Positions 50,300 to 59,473 are shown, numbered from the stretch's first letter. The stretch is DNA of 64,000 nt from a virus (IMGVR_UViG_3300035180_001344:1095-65094), one strand, 5' to 3'. Program-made: numbers and translations. Notes: a model not told the origin generated them from the letters alone.

Positions 50300-50553
50300 C
50301 AGTTCGGTTCAACAAGCATGACAGTTGGGGGTTCTTGACTTCCCAACATCCCAATCACTTGATACGTAATTCCGTCAATGATGTAGTCATCATTCCAACA
50401 ATGAAATGAGTGCCCACTATCAACAGGTTCCAACTTTTCTCGCTTGATTCGATCCATCAAAGCTTGGCCTTCTGCTGCTGGCAGGTCAGTATATTTGAAT
50501 GGGCATATTTTCTTGATATACGCCACAGCTTGCGCAGGTGTAAGATTGATCAT
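50296..50553 (-). CDS. hypothetical protein
   Basis: Start MINLTP right after prs stop. Confidence 0.65.
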   Translation of the reverse strand: MINLTPAQAVAYIKKICPFKYTDLPAAEGQALMDRIKREKLEPVDSGHSFHCWNDDYIIDGITYQVIGMLGSQEPPTVMLVEPNC

Positions 50554-50554
50554 A

Positions 50555-51502
50555 TTAGTCCAACATTTCTCGAATTGATGCACCAGTTGCAACACGGCTA
50601 ATTGTTTCTGCAAGCAAGTTCGCCATAGACACCTGGCGAACCTTTTCACTCATCTCTTCTGGCAGAGGAATTGTATCTGTAACTACCAGCTGTTGCAGGT
50701 TTGAGTTATCAAGATTTACAGATGCGCTGCCTGATAATACGGCGTGGGATGCATATGATACAACGCGACGAGCTCCACCAACGTTAATCAATGCGTCAGC
50801 TGCTTTTCCCAACGTCCCAGCGGTATCAACCATATCATCAATCATCACACACGTACGATCGGTTACATCGCCAATAATATGCATTACCTCTGACACACCA
50901 GCTTTCGGTCGACGCTTGTCAACAATCGCCAGGTCCATGTCTTTTAGATTCTTTGCAACTGCACGTGCACGTGCCACACCACCAACGTCTGGTGAAACAA
51001 TGATTGGATTTTCATCCATCCATTTGTGATAAATGTCAGATACAAACAAGTTGGTTGCAGAGATGTTGTCAACGGGGATATGAAAGAATCCTTGGATCTG
51101 TGTAGCATGGAGATCAACAGTAATGACGTGATCAATCCCCACTGCTTCGATCATTGTTGCTGCTACCCGAGCAGAAATAGGTACACGAGAATAGCCGGGT
51201 CGGCGATCTTGTCGAGCGTATCCGAAATAAGGAATTACAGCAATGATGTCTTGTGCTGATGACCGACGAAGAGCATCAGCGATCAAAATCAACTCCATTA
51301 GATTGTCGTTTGCGGGTGCACATGTTGGTTGAATGATGAATGCCTTACATCCACGAACATTGTCTTTGATTTCAACACGAATTTCTCCGTCGCTAAATCG
51401 TTCAACGTCCATTCGTTCCAAGGGAAGATTCAACTTTGAAGCAATTTGTTGGGCGAGCTTGCGGTTTGCTGTTCCAGCAAACAATTTGATATCACCGATC
51501 AT
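50555..51502 (-). CDS. prs: ribose-phosphate pyrophosphokinase
   Basis: FSDGE, YFGYARQDRR, DLHATQIQGFF, SPDVGG, DDMVDTAGT. Confidence 0.95.
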   Translation of the reverse strand: MIGDIKLFAGTANRKLAQQIASKLNLPLERMDVERFSDGEIRVEIKDNVRGCKAFIIQPTCAPANDNLMELILIADALRRSSAQDIIAVIPYFGYARQDRRPGYSRVPISARVAATMIEAVGIDHVITVDLHATQIQGFFHIPVDNISATNLFVSDIYHKWMDENPIIVSPDVGGVARARAVAKNLKDMDLAIVDKRRPKAGVSEVMHIIGDVTDRTCVMIDDMVDTAGTLGKAADALINVGGARRVVSYASHAVLSGSASVNLDNSNLQQLVVTDTIPLPEEMSEKVRQVSMANLLAETISRVATGASIREMLD

Positions 51503-51707
51503 GCACATCTCCTGAGTGTAGGTATTTCCGTGAATTTACATATATGTATGTTCCACTCACCATACTAACTAACGCTGCGTAGGGGTGAAACAGAACAATA
51601 TCGAACGTGATCAACGACAGAATTGGAATGATACCCAGCCCTATCAAAATAATCAACCCCATCATTCGTTGAAATTTTACGTACTCTCGAATAACCCGTG
51701 TACTCAT
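51492..51707 (-). CDS. small membrane protein
   Basis: Two TM segments, AAGGA SD. Confidence 0.6.
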   Translation of the reverse strand: MSTRVIREYVKFQRMMGLIILIGLGIIPILSLITFDIVLFHPYAALVSMVSGTYIYVNSRKYLHSGDVHDR

Positions 51708-51847
51708 GCTAATGATCCTTACCCAAACACTCGCTGCCGTTATAAATTATTGTAAGTCAAACGCGCCGTAGTATCAACCAAATAAAGAAAAAGGGTAAAA
51801 GTAGATGGGGACTAAATACGTGACCTTATACCCAACAGGAGACCAAT

Positions 51848-52414
51848 ATGGCACTCACCAAACAAGATTTCGAAGCAGCCGCAGCAATTATCAACTGTGA
51901 ACCAGCAGCAGTACAAGCTGTTGCATCAGTGGAGACGCGTGGAGGTGGTTTTGATCCAGAAGGATTTCCAAAAACATTGTTTGAAGGTCATTGGTTTTAC
52001 CGTCTAACTAACGGAAAGTTTGCTACATCAAATCCAACCCTGTGTTATCCAAAGTGGGATCGTCAGTTTTATGGTAAGACGTGGCAAGAAGAAAAGGCTC
52101 GGTTGAATGCTGCAATTGAGTTGGATCGTAATGCAGCTATGCAATCTGCTTCGTGGGGAATGTTCCAGATTATGGGATTCAACCACGCAAAGTGTGGGTT
52201 TAAGACTGTACAACAATTTGTGACAGCAATGTGCAAGAGCGAAGGCTCACAACTTGCTGTGTTCTCACAATACATTGTCAATTCTGGGTTGGATGATGAG
52301 CTTCGTGACAAGCGTTGGGCGGACTTTGCACGCCTGTATAATGGACCTGAATATGCGCAAAATAAGTACGATGTCAAATTGGCTCAATCGTACGCAGCCG
52401 CAAAATCTGCATAA
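51848..52414 (+). CDS. N-acetylmuramidase (DUF3380-type) endolysin
   Basis: VETRGGGF, LFEGHWF, SWGMFQIMGFN, FARLYNGP; TAAATA upstream. Confidence 0.9.
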   Translation: MALTKQDFEAAAAIINCEPAAVQAVASVETRGGGFDPEGFPKTLFEGHWFYRLTNGKFATSNPTLCYPKWDRQFYGKTWQEEKARLNAAIELDRNAAMQSASWGMFQIMGFNHAKCGFKTVQQFVTAMCKSEGSQLAVFSQYIVNSGLDDELRDKRWADFARLYNGPEYAQNKYDVKLAQSYAAAKSA

Positions 52415-52471
52415 GTTGACATTGTTGTTGAGGTATAGTACGATTTCCTCTCATCCATACGGGGAAATCTA

Positions 52472-53293
52472 ATGCTTTTACGAATCATGTCTGATATTCA
52501 CTTGGAGTTCTCGGACTTCAAGATTCCTGACCTTGACACAGACCGTGAGACGGTACTGATCTTGGCGGGGGACATTGGTGTTGTTCATAAGGTTAGCAAC
52601 CTCAAAGAGCGGTATATTCCCTTCCTGTCAAGGGCAAACATTCAATTCCGCAAAGTAATTTTGATCATGGGCAACCATGAGCACTACGGTGGTTCATTCC
52701 GCCGGACCCGTGCCTTGCTGCAAGATGCAATAGGTCTTGCGATGTTGGAAAATGTCATGCTCCTTGAAAAAGAAACATATTTGGTTGACGATGTCGCTTT
52801 CATTGCAGCAACTCTGTGGACTGATTGTGATAAACATAGTCCGTTTGCGCATCAGTTGTTTTCAGGAATGAATGACAGCCGCGTGATCCGTACTGGTCCA
52901 AATGAAACACTGCCGTATGAACGCAAGTTCAGTGCAGAGGCTTCGTGGGTTGACCACATGCATGCAAGCAAGTTCATCTTCAAAGACATTGTGGCGCAGA
53001 AGGATCTTGGTCGTAAGACTGTGGTTGTGACGCATCACGGTCCAACAATGCAGTCGATCCACGAAGCATACCGTGGCAGCAATATGAACATGTTTTATGC
53101 GTCCGAGCTGACAAATCAGATCATGGATACGAATCCTGATCTGTGGATCCACGGTCATACTCACAAGCAGTTCAGCTACTTGGTTGACGATACGTTGGAG
53201 CATTGTCAAACTCGGGTAATTGCTAATCCTCGTGGCTATCACGGACATGAGGATACATCTGGCTTTGATCAAACGTTAGTTGTGGAGGTGTGA
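52472..53293 (+). CDS. metallophosphoesterase
   Basis: SDIHLE, AGD, GNHE, THH, HGHTH, NPRGY. Confidence 0.9.
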   Translation: MLLRIMSDIHLEFSDFKIPDLDTDRETVLILAGDIGVVHKVSNLKERYIPFLSRANIQFRKVILIMGNHEHYGGSFRRTRALLQDAIGLAMLENVMLLEKETYLVDDVAFIAATLWTDCDKHSPFAHQLFSGMNDSRVIRTGPNETLPYERKFSAEASWVDHMHASKFIFKDIVAQKDLGRKTVVVTHHGPTMQSIHEAYRGSNMNMFYASELTNQIMDTNPDLWIHGHTHKQFSYLVDDTLEHCQTRVIANPRGYHGHEDTSGFDQTLVVEV

Positions 53294-53718
53294 TGGGACA
53301 CTATGACGAAAACCGTAAGTTTGACGACGAACGGCGTGCGGCTGGAAAGAGCCACGCTGGGAGTGGGACTCCGTTTCAATACACACTAACATCGAAGATT
53401 CCAATGGACCCAAAAGAATCGAAAATCAAAAAGGTGAAATTTGAGGTACAAGTTCCAACAGAAGTGTACTCATACACCACACTACGTGGTTGGTCTGATG
53501 GACCAAAGTGGGTGTGTGATACAAAGGGTGCTTTTGACATGTCTCAACGAGAACCAAACATTGGTGTGGTTAACGTTGACATTGAAGGTGTTGCAGAGTT
53601 TATCAAAACGTACCCTCATCCTGTTGGAGCATTCTACGTGATTGCTGATCACAAGGAAGTTGTCAAGTTGATTATCGATAACCCGGAGCGAGATATTAGA
53701 CACCTGTTGATCGGATAA
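53290..53718 (+). CDS. hypothetical protein
   Basis: Overlap-coupled ORF. Confidence 0.65.
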   Translation: MMGHYDENRKFDDERRAAGKSHAGSGTPFQYTLTSKIPMDPKESKIKKVKFEVQVPTEVYSYTTLRGWSDGPKWVCDTKGAFDMSQREPNIGVVNVDIEGVAEFIKTYPHPVGAFYVIADHKEVVKLIIDNPERDIRHLLIG

Positions 53719-53721
53719 ATA

Positions 53722-54075
53722 CAAAATAGTCACCACAAGTAGTGGCTCGCTGAAACAATCAGCGTAATAACTAGAAACGTCAGGCGTGCAAGCCCTAACT
53801 GCCGCCGGAGTGGGAACAGAGACTGTGAATCCAGTCTAACGAGCCCGTGGTATGAAGCCCACAGAAGTAGACCAGCTTGGGAGCTATGCCAACTTTTCAC
53901 AAAACAAACATGTGTCGTTCATGTCGCGAGGTATATTCCAATCAACTGCGAAAAAGTGGGGAGGGGATTATTATTAAATCCCGATTTTCTGTAAGTGCTC
54001 CTGAACTAGGAGCTTGAAGTGAAACGAACGCTCCTAGTTCACCAACGGTATCGTTATGATGCCGCCATGGAACTG
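53722..54075 (+). ncRNA. unassigned structured non-coding element (ends and strand approximate)
   Basis: ORF-free, many hairpins including a 12-bp perfect stem (54002-54013/54030-54041); TAAATA at 53716-53721. Confidence 0.5.
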
Positions 54076-54162
54076 GGATGTTGGTTTCCTTTATGGGTTT
54101 GAGTACTATATACCTATATGATGGATAGACCGTCACATTTCACCCTTTGAAAGGATCTTTCA

Positions 54163-55194
54163 ATGTCTCACAAATACAAACTCCTCGTCTTTATTGGTCG
54201 GTTTCAACCTGTCCACATCGGTCACGTCCAAGTAATCCAAGCTGCATTGTCAAAAGCCGATAATGTTCTGGTTCTTGTTGGTAGTTCCAATCAACCACGA
54301 ACTGCAAAGAACCCATGGACATTTGCTGAGAGATCTGGAATGATCTCTATGTCTTTGGAACAACAAGAAGCAAAACGGGTTGACATGATTCCCCTTCGAG
54401 ACCAGGCATACAACGATCAAAAGTGGGCTGTCTCTGTTCAGCAACATGTAGAAAATCATCTCGCTGCACTTGGACTTGATCCAAAGAGCAATGTGGGGAT
54501 CATCGGTCACAGCAAAGATGAGAGCTCGTACTACCTCAAAATGTTCCCTCAATGGGATCTGGTAGAGCACGAAATGAACGAAGCAGTCAGTGCTACCGAC
54601 CTACGCCGTGTGATGTTTGAAGAGATGAGCCTGAAATTTTTGACAGGCGTCGTCCCTGCACCTGTCGTCCAGGGCATTACAGCATTCAAGCAAACGCCAG
54701 AATATGCTGGGTTAAAGCGTGAATACGACATGATCAAGAAATACAAAAAGTCATGGGAAGTTGCTCCATATCCAGTGACATTTGTTGCTTCTGACGCAAT
54801 CGTAATTCAATCCGGTCATATTTTGCTGATTGAGCGAGGAGCAGCTCCCGGTGAAGGCCTGTGGGCTCTCCCTGGTGGGTTCTTGAATCAAAATGAGTAC
54901 ATTGAGGACGGAATGCTGCGTGAGTTGCGCGAGGAGACGAAGATCAAAGTCCCCATGCCAGTACTTCGTGGTTCAATTAAAGCATCTCGTGTATTTGACC
55001 GGCCAGACCGGGATCCACGTGGTCGCATGCTTTCCCACGCATATTTGATTGAACTTCCGCCAGGTGAACTTCCTCTAATCAAGGGATCTGATGATGCTCG
55101 CAAGGCGAGATGGGTTCCGATTGCTGACATTGACGAATCGCAAATGTACGCAGATCACTTCCATATCATTAACTACTTTCTTGGTAGTCGTTGA
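54163..55194 (+). CDS. nadM: bifunctional NMN adenylyltransferase / ADP-ribose pyrophosphatase (NadM-Nudix)
   Basis: GRFQPVHIGH, KNPW, SAT; Nudix box PGGF..E....RELREET, GSDDA. Confidence 0.93.
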   Translation: MSHKYKLLVFIGRFQPVHIGHVQVIQAALSKADNVLVLVGSSNQPRTAKNPWTFAERSGMISMSLEQQEAKRVDMIPLRDQAYNDQKWAVSVQQHVENHLAALGLDPKSNVGIIGHSKDESSYYLKMFPQWDLVEHEMNEAVSATDLRRVMFEEMSLKFLTGVVPAPVVQGITAFKQTPEYAGLKREYDMIKKYKKSWEVAPYPVTFVASDAIVIQSGHILLIERGAAPGEGLWALPGGFLNQNEYIEDGMLRELREETKIKVPMPVLRGSIKASRVFDRPDRDPRGRMLSHAYLIELPPGELPLIKGSDDARKARWVPIADIDESQMYADHFHIINYFLGSR

Positions 55195-55195
55195 T

Positions 55196-55217
55196 AAAGG
55201 CCCTTCGGGGCCTTTTT
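55196..55217 (+). terminator. intrinsic terminator
   Basis: AAAGGCCC-TTCG-GGGCCTTTTT. Confidence 0.9.
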
Positions 55218-55278
55218 GTTGTCTTGTAAACTATAATTGGGTATACTTTACGTATTACCGTAACTATTAGGAGACGTA

Positions 55279-55719
55279 ATGGATATTCTCATTTGCTTTG
55301 CCATTGGAATGATGGCGTTAATCGCTGCTGCTCAATTGTCATATTGGGCTACTCATGGCAGAGAGATTCTTGCCCCTCAACTACGATCAGCAACGATGCT
55401 GCTTATGTGCCTGACGATGTTGGTGTTTCTCCTGTTTGGCACACGGTTGTTTTTGCGTCCTGACGTTGCAATTACGTATACAGATCGCACGTTTGATCTA
55501 TACAGTAACCAAACGATCAACGCATCGTCGCAAGTGATCATTGAAAGCAAACATCTCATTGGGTGCGAAGTCAACTTGGTTAAATCGTACCCGTTGATGT
55601 TTGTACTTGGTAGAGAAACCAAAACGTTGAAGTTCAAACTCCCCTGCGATACGCTGTCTCCCGAGATGAAGACTGATATTGCAAACACTACCAGTTATTT
55701 GCGAGAGGACAAGTCATGA
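55279..55719 (+). CDS. membrane protein
   Basis: AGGAG SD, two TM segments. Confidence 0.7.
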   Translation: MDILICFAIGMMALIAAAQLSYWATHGREILAPQLRSATMLLMCLTMLVFLLFGTRLFLRPDVAITYTDRTFDLYSNQTINASSQVIIESKHLIGCEVNLVKSYPLMFVLGRETKTLKFKLPCDTLSPEMKTDIANTTSYLREDKS

Positions 55720-56354
55720 GTCTAAACCCAGAAGCACCTCATATTCGGCCCTGGGCCGACAACAAATCGTTAACAGTAATCAACTTCTTTGGTGGACCTG
55801 GAACGGGAAAATCAACAACAGCAGCAGAACTATATGCGCTGATGAAGAAGCAACACTTCAAGGTTGAATTGATTCATGAGGTTGCAAAAGACTATGTGTG
55901 GGAACGATGGAGTCACATTTTTCGTGAGCAGGATTGGATTTTTGCTCACCAACACAGACTGCAACGTCGTCTTGTTGGCCACGACATTGACTACGTGATT
56001 CTCGATAGTTCATTGCTGCTTGGGATCTTCTATACGGCTGATGATTTTCCACCATCATTTAAGACGCTTGTGCGTGAAGTATTTGACTCATACACAAACA
56101 TCAATTTCTACCTGGCACGAAGTGGTGAGTTTGACTATGTGCAAGCTGGGCGCAATCAAACGCTTGAACAAGCGCAAGTAGTTGACACACAAGTGTTGAA
56201 CTATCTTCGTGACACAAACGTTCCTTTCTACGCCGTTAACGCTGGTGATACAGCAGCTATACAAACCCTTGGAATCATTCGACACCTGCGTGTGAAAGCT
56301 GGGATTGAACAACCTCACAAGGAATACAACATCAATAGTTGTGATAACACGTAG
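55716..56354 (+). CDS. P-loop kinase/ATPase (NadR/AAA_28-like)
   Basis: GGPGTGKST, DS.LL, GRNQT. Confidence 0.8.
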   Translation: MSLNPEAPHIRPWADNKSLTVINFFGGPGTGKSTTAAELYALMKKQHFKVELIHEVAKDYVWERWSHIFREQDWIFAHQHRLQRRLVGHDIDYVILDSSLLLGIFYTADDFPPSFKTLVREVFDSYTNINFYLARSGEFDYVQAGRNQTLEQAQVVDTQVLNYLRDTNVPFYAVNAGDTAAIQTLGIIRHLRVKAGIEQPHKEYNINSCDNT

Positions 56355-56365
56355 AAACGGAAATG

Positions 56366-56491
56366 TTGACTTCTAATAGGGTTTGCATATATACTCCCTC
56401 ATCGCTGAACAAAATCACTCTGCCGAGAGGTTCTGCAAAGCAAATCAGGTAAAAAGACCCTGTTGACTTCAAACCAGAAATCAATTAAAGT
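56366..56491 (+). promoter_or_regulatory. tandem sigma70-type promoters upstream of large ncRNA
   Basis: TTGACT-N18-TATACT (56366-56395) and TTGACT-N17-TAAAGT (56463-56491). Confidence 0.65.
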
Positions 56492-56544
56492 CTTCGAACT
56501 GAAACAAATTCTCTGAACGGAAGTTCAGCGTTAATGCAAGTTAA

Positions 56545-57433
56545 CGAGACATATTGGTCAGCTGTGGTACTTGATACGACGTCAGTCGTAACCACACAAG
56601 ACAAAAGAATACGAGGTATAGCTCGGATAAGCGTGGTAACACGTAAAAGGTATGGTCCTACACCGTATCGCCATCTTAAAAATGGTCAACCTATACAAGC
56701 CTAAGCATCTCCTGAAAGGGAGTCGTCGGTGTAGACCGGCGCTAAGTGCGAAGCAGGTGTTGTGGAAAGAACGTTGGCCTAAGTGCCAGGATGCCGAAAG
56801 GCTACTGGGAACGCCGGTCGATGAAGAGTAACGGGTGGTGCCGACCTCACAACTAAACCAACTTGCCAACATGTATTGCTAAAGGTAGTACGACTGTCTG
56901 AGTCTCGCAAACTAAGGCTGGCGTGCAGAATGAGAGGGCTGGGGTTAGGGAAACCTGATCACGGATCTCAAAATTCGATTGAGTAGCCGGCAGGCGAAAG
57001 GTATGAGGTGTGTTGTATTGTGTGCGCCAAAAGTGTATACAGCAACGGGACGCACACATCTCGGTAGGTTATGTCCAGGGATGGACAATCAACTCTAATT
57101 TGATTACATCTAAAAACGCAAAGTTGCGTCCGACGTAGTGTGAAAATGGCTTAATCCTTTGGCTGAAAAGCAACAAAGGTAACCAAAGCTCGCAAGGCAG
57201 AGGTTATTGATAAGGAGTCGCACATAGGGTGTAGCAGCCCGAACAGCTCGCAAGGTTGGTGGTAGACAAGATATCGAATAGCATTACGTGACAAGTGAAA
57301 CGCCACACTTCAAAAAAGGCAGTCATGGTGGCTTACAACCTCGCGGTTGTGGAAACGAGTAGAACCTAGGGTGTCGCAGCCTATTAGGATAATGACTCAA
57401 AAGAGCTGCTCATAATGGTGTATTCTCAACCAT
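56545..57433 (+). ncRNA. large structured ncRNA, GOLLD-like (ends approximate)
   Basis: ~0.9 kb without a credible ORF; many GNRA-capped hairpins and GAGTA/GAA loop-E-like motifs; 3' end resembles GOLLD from memory; tRNA immediately downstream. Confidence 0.65.
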
Positions 57434-57511
57434 ATAAAACTGCACTGTTCTCGAAAGAGAACTTTGCCGTTTGCGGTTCTGGTAACTGTAAACGGCAAAG
57501 ACATATACAAT

Positions 57512-57581
57512 TGCGGGCGAGTATAGTGGCCGTACGCTAGGCTCATAACCTAGAGGGCCTGTTCGATTCAGGTGCCCGCAA
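57512..57581 (+). tRNA. tRNA-Met(CAT), initiator-like, atypical
   Basis: TGCGGGC/GCCCGCA acceptor, CTAGG-CTCATAA-CCTAG, TTCGATT loop; reduced D arm; no encoded CCA. Confidence 0.75.
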
Positions 57582-57676
57582 CATATCAGACTTCGAGTGA
57601 TTGGCATAGGCGAACCACTCAACTAACCGACTTTAACAATGCGTCCTTAGTCGGTGGACGGTTGAAAGAGGAAGAC

Positions 57677-58597
57677 ATGATGTACAATAATAAGCTAGCC
57701 ATAGCTGTCAAATCAAATGGTAAGGTCCTTCGCGAGTTCAAGGACACAGCGTTCATTCCATTCGGAAGTGAATATTCCCTCCTAATCAAAAACCTCAATA
57801 TAGTACGCGTACAAGTGCGTGTTGAACTCGATGGTACTGATGCAACGGAAGGAACATGGTTGATCATCGCTCCAAACAGCGAAATGGAACTGACACGTTT
57901 CATTAAGAATGGCAACCTGGACAAAGGCAATCGATTTAAGTTCATCGAACGCACAGCAGGTGTCGAACAACACCGTGGTGTTAAGATGGAAGATGGGTTG
58001 ATCCGGGTTGAATATCAATTTGAACAACCACCGCCACCCCCTGTGTTTTACGCTCCACGAGAAAAGTGGGTGAAGAAGGAAGTATGGACAAAAGAATTTG
58101 ATGTATGTGATAGCGGCTATCGCACATACGCAGGTACTCCAACTTTTGGTTCAAGTGGGATTATGCGTGGGTTGACAAGTGGATCACTGAGTAGTTCTGC
58201 TGGTGCCATTGGCTCCGCTGGAATTGCACAAAATGCATTTGTCAATCAAGTATCTGCGTCGAGTGCAACTTTCTCTGCCAACATGGCAAGTACTACCGTA
58301 ACTTCAACATCTGGATTGTTGTCAGCAAAATCCGTTGCAGCCAACCCTGTCAATGATGCTGGTATTACAGTTCCTGGTAGTGTATCTGATCAACAGTTTA
58401 AGATTGCTGTATGGTTCCCTGTGGAAACAACAAAGCATGTGATGGTGATCAGGTTGCTTGGTGAAACAGAAACTGGCCAACCAGTAATCAAGCCAGTGAC
58501 TGTGAAAGCAAAGCCTAAGTGCACAACTTGCGGCCACGTTAACAAAGCAAAGTCAAAGTTTTGTGCTGAATGTGGCACATCGCTTGAACTTGTGTAA
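57677..58597 (+). CDS. hypothetical protein with C-terminal double Zn ribbon
   Basis: GAGGA SD; CTTCG...FCAECG. Confidence 0.8.
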   Translation: MMYNNKLAIAVKSNGKVLREFKDTAFIPFGSEYSLLIKNLNIVRVQVRVELDGTDATEGTWLIIAPNSEMELTRFIKNGNLDKGNRFKFIERTAGVEQHRGVKMEDGLIRVEYQFEQPPPPPVFYAPREKWVKKEVWTKEFDVCDSGYRTYAGTPTFGSSGIMRGLTSGSLSSSAGAIGSAGIAQNAFVNQVSASSATFSANMASTTVTSTSGLLSAKSVAANPVNDAGITVPGSVSDQQFKIAVWFPVETTKHVMVIRLLGETETGQPVIKPVTVKAKPKCTTCGHVNKAKSKFCAECGTSLELV

Positions 58598-58604
58598 CTA
58601 ACAT

Positions 58605-58626
58605 TGAGGCCCTTCGGGGCCTCAAT
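58605..58626. terminator. hairpin between convergent genes
   Basis: TTGAGGCCC-TTCG-GGGCCTCAA. Confidence 0.8.
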
Positions 58627-59305
58627 CTACTTTTACTTGCGTGCCTCGTAAAAATGTGCGAATGTTGGACATTGGTATGCTAAATGATACCCAATTATGT
58701 TCTTGCTCCAAATTCATTACACGCGGCCCAATCGGTGATGTTGCTATTGCAACGGTTATGCCAATCAGCTTATATTGTGTTTCCAACTTAGTAAACAATC
58801 CACCACCTGATCCACCAGGAGCAGTTACAGACGTTGACACAATGTTATTTTGGAAGTTCCCTTGAATGTTCCCCTGTGATACTATTTGAACTCCATACGT
58901 CATGTACATAGGAAACCCAACTGTGAAGATTGGGCTGTCAACTTCTATCCGTTCTGGTCCTGCTAATGGAGCACATGGACAAGGAATAGCAACAGACAAT
59001 AGAGCTAAATCTAATCCTCTGTCAATTTTAATCGGTACAGCTCGGACCAATTGATCTCCTCGCATAACATACATTTTGTTTGCAGCATTGGTAGGAACTA
59101 CGTGGGCAGCTGTGATCATGTATCCTGATTGAACTGAAACAGCTGATCCACTACCAACAACAACTTCTGATTTTCCCGATAGTGCGCCTGCTTCAACGGA
59201 ACTAATCAAAACGGGGTACACATACTGCCGAATAACGGAATAATCTGCTGCATTAGCGAATGTTGGCAACAACGCCAGCCATATCAATAGCTTAAATATG
59301 TTCAT
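58622..59305 (-). CDS. secreted trypsin-like serine protease
   Basis: Signal peptide; TAAHV, DLALL, PGGSGG triad. Confidence 0.88.
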   Translation of the reverse strand: MNIFKLLIWLALLPTFANAADYSVIRQYVYPVLISSVEAGALSGKSEVVVGSGSAVSVQSGYMITAAHVVPTNAANKMYVMRGDQLVRAVPIKIDRGLDLALLSVAIPCPCAPLAGPERIEVDSPIFTVGFPMYMTYGVQIVSQGNIQGNFQNNIVSTSVTAPGGSGGGLFTKLETQYKLIGITVAIATSPIGPRVMNLEQEHNWVSFSIPMSNIRTFLRGTQVKVD

Positions 59306-59381
59306 TATAATCCTGTGCTAAACCCTTATTTATCGGGGTTGGGTTGACGTACAAACCGCAATAATGTACCGTACCCCCTAT

Positions 59382-59457
59382 GCGCTCGTAGCTTAGCGGT
59401 CCAAAGCTGGGAACTCTAAATTCTTGATCGTGGGTTCGAATCCCACCGGGCGCACCA
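59382..59457 (+). tRNA. amber suppressor tRNA (anticodon CUA)
   Basis: 76-nt cloverleaf with CCA; GGGAA-CTCTAAA-TTCTT puts CTA at 59416-59418 after U33. Confidence 0.85.
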
Positions 59458-59473
59458 TCCACAAGGAAACCAC

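Noticed and set aside
50555-51502. Prs homolog as NARP1 Adps
   Set aside because: Looks like canonical bacterial Prs and has no adjacent Namat gene; cannot be fully excluded
51707-51848. Strand switch as replication origin
   Set aside because: Short AT-rich divergent promoter region with no iterons seen; not supportable from this window alone
53722-54075. Retron msr/msd or RNase P RNA
   Set aside because: No reverse transcriptase in the window and no GAGGAAAGUCC-type RNase P signature
56582-57059. Minus-strand ORFs within the large ncRNA
   Set aside because: No SD, atypical composition, antisense to a promoter-driven structured region
59382-59457. Reading the tRNA as Arg(UCU)
   Set aside because: That register breaks the anticodon stem and loses U33
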